From: Eledone cirrhosa
Taxonomy: Eukaryota
Direction of reading: 5' to 3'
DNA length: 64,000 nt
NCBI GenBank assembly: GCA_964016885.1
Contig: OZ024748.1
Coordinates: 36,518,001-36,582,000 of the forward strand
The position numbers were made by a program, and so were the translations under genes. Below the pieces are notes generated by a model. That model worked only from the letters and a program-made list of their open reading frames with translations. It ran no database searches and was not told the DNA's origin. This document shows, one piece after another, positions 25,991 through 40,022 of this stretch; position 1 is the stretch's first letter; every line of letters starts with the position of its first letter.

Positions 25991-26679
25991 AGCAGAGAGC
26001 TGAAACTATTACCAAGTATTCTATCAGACGTTCTAAAGCCTCAATTGGCCCCCTACATTTAGCACATAATAAACAAATATTTTATTTTATTTACAAAAAG
26101 AATTGATACTCCTTTTCATGTATACGATTTTATTTCATCAAAGTAAAGAAACAGCATTGAATGAGAAAAAGGTTCCTACATATTGGTTCTTTATTATATC
26201 GACTAGCCGGGCTGCCGCCACATTAATTCTTTGTTTATATTTTGCTGTAACCAAATAGGGATAACTTAACTAAAACTTTTATGTTCATTACATCTAATGG
26301 CGTCACCGAATGTCATGCTGCTTGGTCTGATGACGTCAGCCGACCACAGAAATATGTATTATGTAATTGTGGAACATTAAAGGAATATATTGGAATCTGG
26401 CTTTCTTGTATTTTTCATTGAACTATTTCTTTCCGTTCCTGCACCAACCACGAGGTACCATTTTTGTAGTTTCCATTTACCCAATTCCACTGAAAAGATA
26501 TTGGTCAACCAGGGGTTAGCACAAGGTGTCGAGCAACGGGACTGAACCCTGAACTTAAGAGAACTTAAACACAGCCAAGTCATTTCGTTATTGCTTTCAT
26601 GTTCTTAAAGAATGTCAATCAGTACAATTTTGTACGGGCATGTAATGTCTTGAAAAGAAAAATAATTTCATCGATATAA

Positions 26680-26866
26680 TTGTTTCTACTTTAGGCACAA
26701 GGCCAGCAATAAGCCAGTACATTACTGGTACTTTATTTTATCGACCCCGTAAGGATGAAAGGCAAAGTTAACCTCGGCGGGATTTGAACTCAGACTTTAA
26801 AGGGACGTAACTATGCTAGAAAGCATGGCGTCCAACCCTCTACCGATACTGCCAATTCACCGCCTT
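26680..26866 (-). mobile_element. SINE family B copy with ~17-bp TSD
   Basis: AATTTCATCGATATAAT on both sides. A local ~44-bp tandem duplication follows at the right junction. Confidence 0.82.
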
Positions 26867-27582
26867 CATTCACCAATTTCATCGATATAATAGTACCTGT
26901 TCACCGCCTTCATTCACCAATTTCATCGATATAATAGTACCTGTTTATGTCACTGTTGTAATTATTTATACTAAACTCGTCTTATGGACTGAGTGCTCTT
27001 ACTCTTGGATATTTCCTCTTAACTTTTACTTCAGTATAATATATATATATATATATAGATATCCAGGGAGTGTAACGTCAAGTTACTGTAGGTAATACAC
27101 GCTTATGTGAATAATAAATGAAACCACTTTAGAACATTTGCCATTTTTTTATTTTTTTTTTATTTTAATGAATGATTTTGAAGAGAAAAACAACATATAC
27201 AATAATTGTAATATAATTTCAATTACATAAGGCGATTGAAGCATCTTATCCATTGCTTTTCAAAATCAACGAATACTACTATCTTTTTTTAATTTTTTTA
27301 AAGACCTTTATTTCTGTCTTTCAACAATAACTCTGGTTTGCTACAAACATTTAATTGTAAACCACACAATTCTCATATCGGAAAACCATATTCTTTGCGA
27401 AAAATAAATCTTATCATCACCACGATATATTCACTCACGACACACACACATATATATATAATTATTATTTTGACTAATACACAAAATACCGATCGTATTG
27501 TCTGGCACATGCAGTCCAAAAGGAGTACTAAAAATAGCTCATCGTTAGGTCCCTTAAGCAAGTCCAACTTAATTAATATTAT

Positions 27583-27766
27583 AGTGGATTGGCAGTATCG
27601 GTAGAGGGTCGGACGCCATGCTTTCCAGCATAGTTACGTCCCTTTACCATCTGAGTTCAAATCCCGCCGAGGTTGACTTTGCCTTTCATCCTTACGGGGT
27701 CGATAAAATAAAGTACCAGTAATGCACTGGTAATTGCTGTCCTTGTGCCTAAAGTAGAAACAATTA
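27583..27766 (+). mobile_element. SINE family B copy
   Basis: Full head, B-box, core and CTAAAGTAGAAACAATTA end. Confidence 0.82.
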
Positions 27767-28209
27767 TATATACTAGCAGAAAAACCACCCTTCGAGTGGT
27801 TATCTGCTAGCATGTGTAGTGTGTGTATTGATATTACACGCAAGCATATATACATGTAGAATGATACATCAAATAAAATCGTAATTCTCAATATAAACAG
27901 AAATTGAACGAAGACGTTGTTACACTGTCTTAGGTAATCAGTAACGTAATCCATGATACATTAAAAAAAGACGATATTAGGAGAAAATTAGTGACAGAAA
28001 ATTAGTATGTTTATTTAAGTGATCGCCACCGGAAGTGTTGACATCACATACTCTCTCTTTCTATATATATGGTAGTTGAAGTGGTGGTGGTGGTGGTGGC
28101 AACGATATACCGGAAGTGCAACTTTGAAAAGAAGTCAATTTTAAATTATTTATTTTTACGAAATTATTTTTGTTTACGAATATTTGTAATATTAATTCAT
28201 TATTTGGCG

Positions 28210-28352
28210 CATAGAGTTACGGCCCTTGCCATTCTGAGTTCAAATCCCGCCGTGGTTAACTTTGCCTTTCATCCTTACGGGGTCGATAAAATAAAGTACC
28301 AGTAATACACTTGGTAATTGCTGGCCTTGTGCCTAACGTAGAAACAATTATT
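28210..28352 (+). mobile_element. SINE family B copy, 5'-truncated
   Basis: Core and 3' end. Confidence 0.78.
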
Positions 28353-28588
28353 TATTCAAAGTAATCCAACTTATTTTACTAAGGGAATAAAAAAAATAAA
28401 CAGTACGTAGTCCTGCAGACCTTCCTTTATTATAGTAGTTTAGATTTGTCGATTATCAAGAAATAATACACATGTACGTCATACTATACACACACACACT
28501 TACACACACATATATATATCCAGGAAAAACTTGAACCGTTAAGGTATTTTTTCTTGGTTATGTCAATATTTATAAAACAAACTTTGTA

Positions 28589-28643
28589 TTTTATCTGATG
28601 AGAGCGTACCAAAAAACTTTGGTACCCTTGAAATATATATAAT
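28589..28643 (+). ncRNA. Minimal type I hammerhead in a solo PLE terminal fragment (28560-28695)
   Basis: TTAT-CTGATGA-GAG c GTACCAAA aaac TTTGGTAC c CTT-GAAA-TATA-TA-TAA. The fragment ends in (TA)n. A partial inverted relative lies at ~41012-41105. Confidence 0.75.
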
Positions 28644-28688
28644 AGAATAAATATGGTTTTATAAATATAGTTTCCATTTATTTAATAT

Positions 28689-28732
<44 letters not shown>

Positions 28733-28733
<1 letters not shown>

Positions 28734-28832
28734 AAAGAGTCGGGGTCCGACGACTGAGCTCTTGCCGTTTCAAAGTCTGGAATTGCCTCTGTCGAAAAGG
28801 GAAGAGCTCAGCCGTCGGTCACCGACTCTTTC
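28733..28832. repeat. Imperfect 100-bp inverted repeat next to (TA)n
   Basis: GAAAGAGTCGG..CTGAGCTCTT versus AAGAGCTCAG..CCGACTCTTTC. Confidence 0.75.
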
Positions 28833-30301
28833 TAATATAGTCACACTCTACTATACCAAGTATCGAGTACTTTGTTGGATAATGGTCTAATTAGTTTAAT
28901 ACTGATTTAATCCTGATATATATATATATTTATTTTATTACGACTACATAGTGTATCTTGTACTGTTGAGTTTCGGTTCTTTATCACAGGGTCGGAACTA
29001 ATGTTCCAATAGTAGACACAGTATAAATAAAGGAAGACTGGAGGTGGGAGAAATGGCACTAAATGATCAAGGAACACAATATGCCGCTACGTCTTTTGTT
29101 TTACCATCTAAAATTTTTGACATCATATACCGCAAAACAAACTGATAGCATATATCGTGACATATTGTGGAAAATACTTTATAAACTTGTCATATCAGAA
29201 ACATGTCTTGTCGTCACTCGCAGCATTCAGGTCAATATGGAATGTTTAATGCTAAGTAATGGATGAGCATCACCATCGATTAGGGTAATAACTGGTGTGA
29301 AGCAACGCGACAATTTTAAACCGATGCTCTTCTTATTATAGTTCTACACTGTATATCTCGCTATTGTAAATGAGATCTCTTCATACGTTTGAAAAAGAGA
29401 AAAAAAACTGATCTTGTAGGAGTTAGTAATTACAATTTGTATTTGGTATATCAAATATATCTATATTTGCTGTTAATCTTCGCATGCGATTTCGCTGCAA
29501 CTGAATTAAAAGAAAAAAAAAAGAAATTATATTATAATAACTGTACAAGTCTTACGTCAGTCTGTCACACACACACGCTACCTCCTGTCACAAACATTCT
29601 AAAATTGATTTATTGAAAATTCCTGGTATAAAAATGTAAGAAAACAAAATGTTATCTGTCAACGATGTCATTTTTCCGTCATATTCTCTCTCTTTCTCTC
29701 TCTCTCTCGTTTGTGTGGTTAACAATGATGAGATGGTGTAACTAGGCCATTGAAATACGTATAGTGTTTTCGCAACATTAACACTTTAAGGAATGTTTCC
29801 AGTCCGGCCTGTTGTTTTTAAATATATATATATATATATATATATATACATGGAAAGTTATATTTAAATTGTTGGGTTACAACTAGTAAATATTTATAAC
29901 TGATATAAAATCACTCGACAAGTATTTGGAGTATATTTACAATATTAAATAAATGGAAACTATATTTATAAAACCATATTTATTTCATTATATATATTTC
30001 AGGGATATCATATTAACAATATGCTATGCCTTCCTCAGACAAAATACAATATAAACAGTTTTATAGATAAATAGATTCGACATACCGTAACAACATCGAC
30101 TTGTATTTGAAAAGTTGAATTGGCAGTGAAAAAATTGTACACAGAGATAAAGAAAGAGAGAGAAAAAAGAGAGAAAATAAGAGAGAAAAAAAAGGAAAGA
30201 AAGACAGAAAACGAAGAAAAAGAAAAAAGAAGAAATGCATGGAACAAAATAGAGAGATGGAAAGATAGATAAAGAGAAGAACTTCATGTAAAGAAACAGA
30301 G

Positions 30302-30333
<32 letters not shown>

Positions 30334-31398
30334 GAAATAGAGATAGATATATATAGAAAACTAGGTAGTGGGACGTCCGTTGAGTAAACGTATCAATGAT
30401 ACATTTATTTATTTATTTATTTATTTAGCTCTAGTATTAATGTAAGGGAGATATATGTGGTTAGGATATAAACCAGCTGTTATATAGAGAGAAAAATTAA
30501 AAATAACCAGACATAGGCGAGGCATAAAAACCCTATGTTTTAATGTATAAAAACCAGCCACTATATTGTAAATATCAGTATTCCTGAATGAGACATGTAT
30601 GCATAATGTGTGAAAAGTAATGATCTTATGTTTAGTTTTTTTTAAAAATTCATATGTTTATGTGATAACTACAAACATCTATGTGAATTTACATGATCAA
30701 CTCTGCAAACCCTAAATTCACGGAAAACATTCTCATTGTGCTATAAAAATTTAAGTATACATATATGTGTATATATATACACACAAATATATATAGAGTC
30801 AATATTACTACTATTCCTGTCTTTACTCTACAAGATTATCTATCAAGCAGAAATAGAGAACAGATTTCAATATACTTATAAAAATATATATCAGAAACAA
30901 AAAATAACAATAATAATAATAATAATAAGTAATAATAAAATAGAAAACTAAAAAAATATTACGAAAGAATATTACATATTAAAAATATTACATATTAAAA
31001 ATATTAAAAATAAAAATATTAGAAAATACTACAATAATAAAAATAAACCACAAAGATCAACCCTTCAAAATTAATTGACAATATATTGCCAAGTTCATTA
31101 TAAGCATCAGAGTCGAAAAACAGATAAAGCCAAAATTATTTATCAAATCGCATCTAGCAAAGATCATTTCAAAAAGTTTAGGATGCCCATTTGGTCTACA
31201 TGTGTTCTTATATTTAATATAGAAGTTTATCTAGTGTAACGTTTATTCGAAATATTTGGAGCATCAACTTTTAGGGTAGCTTAATTTTTCATGAGGAATG
31301 TTTAAATAAAAATAAAAATAAAAATAAAAAGAATAAAAAGAAGAAATCAAAGATTTTTCGGCTAGTTTGCCATATAATTATAAATCAAACTAAATATA

Positions 31399-32058
31399 CT
31401 ACATTTTAAATTTAAATTTATATTTAAACGTTGAGTTTAATCTATGTTTGCAGCAACTGAATAAATTTGTCCGTAGATTAAGGGAATTTTTAGATTTTAG
31501 TATAAAGAATATCTCCTCTGCGCAGAGGTCACATGTCTCAGAGGATGAATTAAAAGGAATCCCTCTTGAGACTATATTCCAAGCCGTCGAATATCTAACG
31601 TTATCTAGCTTAAGTTGCCAGAGTACGCCTGATAGTGCCGTTGAAGATTTTTTGCTTGGATCTGTGAAAGAATTCTTGTGGTTATTATAGCGAAGTTTAA
31701 ATTCCGTCGATGTGGAACCGACGTAGTTAAAAGAATTAGAGTCAGTTTTAACATTACAATTGTATACTATATTTTTAACTAAGCAGTTGTTATTTAACGG
31801 ACATTTAGATCTATCTCTACAGTTACATTTGTTAACTTGTATATTATTTATGCTATTATCACTAGGTTTTAAGTTCCTATTATTTATTCTATTAATATTT
31901 TGTGCTAAATTTTTGGTGGATGAGTAGGTTAATTTTATTGTATGTCTATTGAAAATTGAGTGATACCTATGTGTTCTAGGGAAGCGATTATCAAGAGCTT
32001 TAAAAAATAGTTTAGCGATGTGGGTTTTAATGTTTAGTGAGAAAGGGGGGCGAACCAA
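31399..32058 (-). pseudogene. PLE C-terminus with GIY-YIG endonuclease (5'-truncated)
   Basis: PPFS..KT..FP..H.Y.SIFNRHTIKL.YS; CNCR..CPL..CL; IVY..YVGST..FKLRYNNH; CDLC. Confidence 0.88.
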
Positions 32059-32302
32059 ATTATGTTCCTAGTTCTATTTCTTTTTTGGCCTTTGGAATTA
32101 TTGTAATGCTTTCTATTATAGTTGTTAAGGTTGTTGCCGTAATTAAAATAGTTGTTATTTTGTTTAGTTTGTCTATCATTATCTATGTACATAATCTTAT
32201 CAGCATATCCTGCTCTAGCTAATGCTTCATTGTAGTATTGGGCTTTTTCGTCGAAAATCTTTCTATTCGACGAGATCCTAGAGATACGTTTTTGAACAGA
32301 GT

Positions 32303-32834
32303 TTACTACTCATCCACCAAAAATTTAGCACAAAATATTAATAGAATAAATAATAGGAACTTAAAACCTAGTGATAATAGCATAAATAATATACAAGTTA
32401 ACAAATGTAACTGTAGAGATAGATCTAAATGTCCGTTAAATAACAACTGCTTAGTTAAAAATATAGTATACAATTGTAATGTTAAAACTGACTCTAATTC
32501 TTTTAACTACGTCGGTTCCACATCGACGGAATTTAAACTTCGCTATAATAACCACAAGAATTCTTTCACAGATCCAAGCAAAAAATCTTCAACGGCACTA
32601 TCAGGCGTACTCTGGCAACTTAAGCTAGATAACGTTAGATATTCGACGGCTTGGAATATAGTCTCAAGAGGGATTCCTTTTAATTCATCCTCTGAGACAT
32701 GTGACCTCTGCGCAGAGGAGATATTCTTTATACTAAAATCTAAAAATTCCCTTAATCTACGGACAAATTTATTCAGTTGCTGCAAACATAGATTAAACTC
32801 AACGTTTAAATATAAATTTAAATTTAAAATGTAG
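32303..32834 (+). pseudogene. PLE GIY-YIG endonuclease fragment (inverted copy)
   Basis: Same peptide as the minus-strand arm from YSSTKNL onward. Confidence 0.88.
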
Positions 32835-34171
32835 TATATTTAGTTTGATTTATAATTATATGGGAAACTAGCCGATAAATCTTTGATTTCTTCTTTTTAT
32901 TCTTTTTATTTTTATTTTTATTTTTATTTAAACATTCTTCATGAAAAATTAAGCTACCCTAAAAGTTGATGCTCCAAATATTTCGAATAAACGTTACACT
33001 AGATAAACTTCTATATTAAATATAAGAACACATGTAGACCAAATGGGCATCCTAAACTTTTTGAAATGATCTTTGCTAGATGCGATTTGATAAATAATTT
33101 TGGCTTTATCTGTTTTTCGACTCTGATGCTTATAATGAACTTGGCAATATATTGTCAATTAATTTTGAAGGGTTGATCTTTGTGGTTTATTTTTATTATT
33201 GTAGTATTTTCTAATATTTTTATTTTTAATATTTTTAATATGTAATATTTTTAATATGTAATATTCTTTCGTAATATTTTTTAGTTTTCTATTTTATTAT
33301 TACTTATTATTATTATTATTATTGTTATTTTTTGTTTCTGATATATATTTTTATAAGTATATTGAAATCTGTTCTCTATTTCTGCTTGATAGATAATCTT
33401 GTAGAGTAAAGACAGGAATAGTAGTAATATTGACTCTATATATATTTGTGTGTATATATATACACATATATGTATACTTAAATTTTTATAGCACAATGAG
33501 AATGTTTTCCGTGAATTTAGGGTTTGTAGAGTTGATCATGTAAATTCACATAGATGTTTGTAGTTATCACATAAACATATGAATTTTTAAAAAAAACTAA
33601 ACATAAGATCATTACTTTTCACACATTATGCATACATGTCTCATTCAGGAATACTGATATTTACAATATAGTGGCTGGTTTTTATACATTAAAACATAGG
33701 GTTTTTATGCCTCGCCTATGTCTGGTTATTTTTAATTTTTCTCTCTATATAACAGCTGGTTTATATCCTAACCACATATATCTCCCTTACATTAATACTA
33801 GAGCTAAATAAATAAATAAATAAATAAATGTATCATTGATACGTTTACTCAACGGACGTCCCACTACCTAGTTTTCTATATATATATCTATCTCTATTTC
33901 CTCTCTCTCTCTATATATATATATCTCTCTGTTTCTTTACATGAAGTTCTTCTCTTTATCTATCTTTCCATCTCTCTATTTTGTTCCATGCATTTCTTCT
34001 TTTTTCTTTTTCTTCGTTTTCTGTCTTTCTTTCCTTTTTTTCTCTCTTTTTTTCTCTCTCTTTCTTTCTCTCTGTGTACAATTTTTTCACTGCCAATTCA
34101 ACTTTTCAAATACAAGTCGATGTTGTTACGGTATGTCGAATCTATTTATCTATAAAACTGTTTATATTGTA

Positions 34172-34229
34172 TTTTGTCTGAGGAAGGCATAGCATATTGT
34201 TAATATGATATCCCTGAAATATATATAAT
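34172..34229 (+). ncRNA. Minimal type I hammerhead at PLE 3' end
   Basis: TTGT-CTGAGGA-AGG c ATA g CATATT gtt AATATG a TAT c CCT-GAAA-TATA-TA-TAA. Mirror copy at 29987-30044 (-). Confidence 0.75.
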
Positions 34230-34272
34230 GAAATAAATATGGTTTTATAAATATAGCTTCCATTTATTTAAT

Positions 34273-34349
<77 letters not shown>

Positions 34350-35261
34350 TTAAATAATATTAAAAACCATACAATGGACCAGAAAGAAAATTAAAGTTGC
34401 TAAGCTAACAAAAGTATCTTACCTTAGCAAATTTAATAATCCCAAATTAAAAAAAAAACAATATTATCAAGGGATTGTCCCTATAAGAGACTTAAAGGAT
34501 CGGACTTGTTTGGAGCAGATTTAAATTAAATTTGTTAAGGTAAGATTCTGTTGTTATCTTAGCAATTTACATTTACTTTCTAGTGCACTGCATGGTTTTC
34601 AAAATTATTTAAATTTGTTTCATATTCAACAATTCTTCAAGCGAACTACAACAGTCTGTTATATATATATACACATACATACATATCTATATATGTATGC
34701 TTAGAAAATGTATATAATAGAAGTGTATATGAAGACATATACGATATGTTTGTGTATAATAAACATACACAAGTTTCGCTATGAATATGTTAACTTTCAT
34801 AGTAACAGTGCGGGTATGCCTTTCTGTTTGTTTTTTTTTATATATTTACTGTAGAGTTATCTGAGGGATATTTGTGGACCATGTCTAGCAAGTGGAGAGA
34901 CAGCATTGAGGGTTTCCACGGTGTCTGGAACATCACTGGTTGCAATGTGAATGTGTATAATTTGAGGTAGTGGAGCGGGTTGTTACATCATCAGTTAATA
35001 TATTCAGAATTGTTATATCATACTTACGTTTAGTCGAATTGGTCTTAATATATTATTCCCTGCATTCTGAAATAGTAAGAAAGCAAAAGAATATGTCTTA
35101 ATTCTGGAAAGTGCTGGTTGTGGTGGCGGTGGTGTTACTGGTGATGGTGGTAATGGTGGTGGTGGAGCTGGTGATTGTGGTGATGGAGGTAGTGAAGCTG
35201 GTGGTTGTAAGGGTGATGGTTGTGCTGATGGTGGTGATGTTGATGATGATGGTGGTGTTTG

Positions 35262-35324
<63 letters not shown>

Positions 35325-35421
35325 AGGGAGTGAAACGTGGAGTTACTGTAGGTTCACTCGGGTGAGCACTCGATGTTTAGGTTCACTAATGTATCGAGGT
35401 GTAGAGCTAGACAGAGTGTAG

Positions 35422-35652
35422 TATAATAAAATAAAACAAGGACGAGTGGTTACTCCTTCATTACGTTTATTGGTTGGTGACGCGCGTTTCGCCACCGATC
35501 AACTCAAGGTTCAATCTGTATCGATCTAGCCCCACTAGATCGGGCTAGATCGATACAGATTGAACCTTGAGCTGATCGGTGGCGAAACGCGCGTCACCAA
35601 CCAATAAACGTAATGAAGGAGTAACCATTCGTCCTTGTTTTATTTTATTATA
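35422..35652. repeat. Near-perfect 230-bp palindrome carrying hammerhead 3' halves
   Basis: ~110-bp arms; GAAA-CGCGCG-TC at 35584-35595. Right arm ends in (TA)n. Confidence 0.85.
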
Positions 35653-35723
35653 TATATATATAAACATACATACATTCCTATACATATATACATACATATA
35701 CATGCATATATAAATATACATAT

Positions 35724-35764
<41 letters not shown>

Positions 35765-35780
35765 ATACATACATTCATAT

Positions 35781-35831
<51 letters not shown>

Positions 35832-35995
35832 TACATACATATATATATACATATATACATACATATATAAATATACATATATACATACATATATAAATAT
35901 ACATACCTATATATATATATACATACATATTTATATATATATATATATATACATATATATACTTATATATATACACACACACACATATATACATT

Positions 35996-36024
<29 letters not shown>

Positions 36025-36026
<2 letters not shown>

Positions 36027-37100
36027 TGTTATGCTTTGGGAGGGTCATGTTGCCAATAAGAAACACACGTACCAGTTGCTTTCACTCCAATTTATTAGAA
36101 ATTAAATTTATAAATTTCCGGTTGGTTGGTTGGTTTCATAACCGGACGGTTGTTCATATATTGTCAAAGTTCTTTCGTCACACATTATGTGACCACTTCA
36201 GTGACTGGGGATTCTTTTCTTTGTTTTTGTGCTCTCCTTTGTTCTGTCCTACGCCATCTTGTTTTTGTGTGTGTTGTGTGCTTAGTTTGCGCATGTGTTA
36301 CATCCGGGTGTCTGTGTGTGTTTATATTTGTTTATTTATTTGTTTATTTACATGTTACTGGTTGGTTGTTTGCTCTATGTGTGTGTGTTTTCATTTTGTC
36401 CTTAATTGTAGGTTGTGATGTTGCTATTCCATTCATGTTTTCTATTTAATTTTGGTTGGATTTCATTTATGTTTATTGCCTCTGTGATTTGTCTAAACAT
36501 TGCGTCTTTTCTGTGTGTAGATTCTATTTTTATTTCTATGTTCTCTAATTTGCCCTTATGTTCTATTTTAGCATGTTGGTGGAGTATTGATGATTCTTTT
36601 TTATATTGAAGTTCTCGCCAGTGTTCATTTAACCGTTCTCCTATACTACGAGCTGTCTCACCTATGTACACTATATTCTTATCTTTACATTGTCCTTCAG
36701 TACATCTTATGCTATATACTACATTTCTAGTTTTACAGTTAATATGGTGGCTTAGTTTACAGATTATGCATTTCTTATCTATACAGGGAGATCTTTGAAA
36801 AGGGTATGTATTGCTAATATGTGTTTTTATGGAGGTACCTGGTCTTTCTACTATCTTAATATTAAGTTTATGTTTATCTAGGGCCCTTCTAAATTTGTAA
36901 GCTAATTTACCTCTAGGGGTTTTATTGATGAACATTACACTCTAGTATTTATTGCTATCATACCATGAGTTTATTCTATTAGCCTTGTTCCTAGTTCTTT
37001 CTATTCTATTCCAAAATTTGCTCCTATACAAGGGGCAGGTCCCATTTGTATAATTATTTACCATTTTTTCCCATTTGGTTCTGGCTCCTCTATATACTAG
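36025..37100 (-). mobile_element. 5'-truncated PLE (GIY-YIG plus pLTR), sister subfamily of the 57-63 kb element
   Basis: ORF 36402-36935 with NVVYSIRC..YIGETAR..RLNEH. pLTR with variant HHR 36162-36206 (CTGAAGT). Ends in (TA)n. Confidence 0.92.
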
Positions 37101-37444
37101 AGGTGAATTAGTTTACAAATTTAGAATAATATAATACAGCATTAAAAAGAGATATAGAGAGAAACACACAATTGTAGTTACATACACTCACCTCATTTCT
37201 CTCATCTGTGGGGTAAAGCTGAAAAGACAATAAGAATTTAGTGTTGAGGGAGAAGAACAAAGATAATGAAGATAATTATATTCTCTGGGTACAGTATAAT
37301 CGTTGGGACTAGCCCGGGGTTAGGGGTACGGAGAGAATTCGATTGATCTTTTGGGGACTAAAACCAGGCATTCGTATAAGAAATGAATATATATAACTCA
37401 ATACAATAAACTGCAAATTGTATACACAGTCAGACAGACAGATA

Positions 37445-37549
<105 letters not shown>

Positions 37550-38620
37550 GTGTGTATGAAGGACTTGTAGCCCCGACGGCTGAGCACCTGCCGTTTCAAC
37601 AGTTAGATTCGAACTGAGTTTGATGAAAGTCTCAAAAAATATACAAAGGTGTCAGTAGCTTAAAAAGTTTGTTGAGACCCCTGGATTACGGGTATTTAAA
37701 CGGCCCTCGACCTTCAGTTGACATCCCTCGACCTAAACGATTTATTGTTATTTCCTGGGTTGAGCACCATAACAAATTTTACAAATATTTCCTAAGTCAT
37801 TCTGAAGCAGATCACAAGTTTTCTATTAATTAAAGAGACACACAAGGTGTAAGAGCAGGTAACTCCTAAAAAAAACTTCCAGTTATTTCCCGTGTCTAAT
37901 TGGTTACTTTGATGATAGGAAAAATATTTTGGCGGGAAAATGTTAAAAAGGTATGAAGAACCTAAAGAAAAAGATCACTTGTTTTATGAGGGATGAGTGC
38001 AGAACCTCCGCGGAAGTAGGGAACGGCTTTTATATAGTAAGGATACAAACTTGCCAAAGTGGGAATATATCTTAGTCTGCTGAAAATTAGAGCTGACAAA
38101 TTGTCAACTCTAATTTGTGTGGCTTAGTATTGTCAATGAGAATACTAAGCCACACAAATTAACTGGAGATATAACACCTCCAATGACACCATGTAGGAAT
38201 ATGATATAGTACTATAAACTATAGAACAAATATTGAGCTGATTTCTGGAATGGATCTGGTCGATCACGACGACGAGTAGACTACACGTTCGATCATTGAG
38301 ATGCGACAAATCCAACAAACGATTCTCTCCACCATTACCTACTTATATATAGATATATCAATAGAAAGAGATATTCTTCCACTCATTTTTACAGTGATTA
38401 ACGTGTAGCCATGTTTGAGCATCAGATTAAAGAGACTACAGATAGAAAAGATGGAAAGATGCTAGTAAGGAATGAAAGAACACCACTCACATCGCTTTGG
38501 TAAGTCAACGGCATTTCCCTAAAAAATGGAGAGAAAACATCATGTAAACATACATAAAATATATTTATCATGGGGGGAGTGTTTGATGGCTCTGCCCCTG
38601 CGACTCACTCACTCACTCAG

Positions 38621-38758
38621 GAAGAAGAAGAAGAAGAAGAAGAAGAAGAAGAAGAAGAAGAAGAAGAAGAAGAAGAAGAAGAAGAAGAAGAAGAAGAAGA
38701 AGAAGAAGAAGAAGAAGAAGAAGAAGAAGAAGAAGAAGAAGAAGAAGAAGAAGAAGAT
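38621..38758. repeat. Pure (GAA)n microsatellite
   Basis: Directly visible. Confidence 0.97.
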
Positions 38759-38889
38759 ATATATAACCAAATAGAAAAGATATATGTATATATATAGAGA
38801 GAAAGAGTCCTTCTTCTATAGAATATGTATTGTAGAAGAAAGTCGGCATATTGTATATATAAATACAATATACCGTCTACAATATATGC

Positions 38890-38927
<38 letters not shown>

Positions 38928-39047
38928 CTTTTTCATTTGGTTATTATGGTTCTGGATAAAGTCTATTGAGCTTGCTTAGTGAGAAACACAAAAGTCTAAA
39001 CATATTTGATATGTTTTCATTAATTATTTGTATGTATATATATATAA

Positions 39048-39110
<63 letters not shown>

Positions 39111-39118
<8 letters not shown>

Positions 39119-40022
39119 GCGAGGTTTTTTTTACAAAATGAAAAATAACCGAGGTGTCCTACACGAGTGAAAGTATAAAGAAAAAAAGATGAAATCGAAA
39201 ATGCAACTGGAATCTTATTTTTTTTAAAAATATATATATTTATTTCGTTCCTTTACCGGCTTCGCAGTTCTTCTGCTTTTCAAAAGTAGAGTTGAGATGG
39301 AGGGTCTGTGGTTTTTCTCACATCTGGTTGGTCTCTGAATGTTACTTGTTTTATATGGAAAAAGTGGCTCGAAATGCCAGGTTTTTCGAGAAGTAATTCG
39401 ATTGGTTGGTCAATAATTATAATAAATTTCGCGCCAGTTCGCGCTACAATAGTTCTTCAAATAAGAGGGGGGGTTGTCACAGGTTGTTTTTTTCATCTAT
39501 GAGTGTTTGAATTTCTTTTTACTTGAAAAAAGGGACTCACGAAGGCTTTTTTTAAAAATAAGCGTAATTTGATTGGTTATAAATGAAATTATGGCTGTCA
39601 CGTGAACAAGTTTTCATTAAATTTTCGCGCCCTTATTTGGAAATCCATTCTGTAGCCTTTTTAGAGAATTTTATGATAAGTAAAAGATAATGGTCAAGAG
39701 AAATGGGATGGGAGAATTGTTCTGGTTCAGTGAATATGGTTAATTCGCTGGGGTGTCAGAATTCAGATTTTCTATTGAATAAAGAAAGTAAAGATATGTA
39801 TGTTTATTCGTGTGCTTGTGTGTGCCTGTGTGTTGTGTGTGTGTGTTTGAATTTCTTTTTACTTAAAAAAAGGTGGCTCACGAAGGCTTTTTTTTAATAA
39901 ACGTAATTTGATTGGTTATAAATGAAATTTGGCTGTCACGTGAACAAGTTTTCATTACATTTTCGCGCCCTTATTTGGAAATCTATTCTGTAGCCTTTTT
40001 AGAGAATGCTATGACAAGCAAA
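39111..40022 (-). mobile_element. PLE-like non-coding 3' fragment with variant hammerhead and internal duplication
   Basis: HHR-like motif 39251-39286 (-). 39503-39685 repeats at 39843-40022. The terminus recurs at 40171-40212, again after (TA)n. Confidence 0.55.

Larger units (their letters stand above)
29938..34278. mobile_element. Head-to-head inverted pair of 5'-truncated Penelope-like elements (~2-kb arms)
   Basis: 29938-31926 is the reverse complement of 32305-34278. Each arm has a GIY-YIG domain, a ~1.4-kb 3' UTR and a terminal HHR. Confidence 0.93.

Noticed and set aside
26377-26583. 68-aa ORF
   Set aside because: Overlaps a degenerate SINE head.
26325-28120. CRE (TGACGTCA) and ETS (CCGGAAGT) motifs as a promoter
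   Set aside because: Short motifs expected by chance, with no linked transcription start.
35111-35365. Val/Met-rich membrane-protein-like ORF
   Set aside because: Translation of a (GGT/GAT)n repeat.
38526-38868. Poly-K/E/L/S ORFs
   Set aside because: Translations of (GAA)n.
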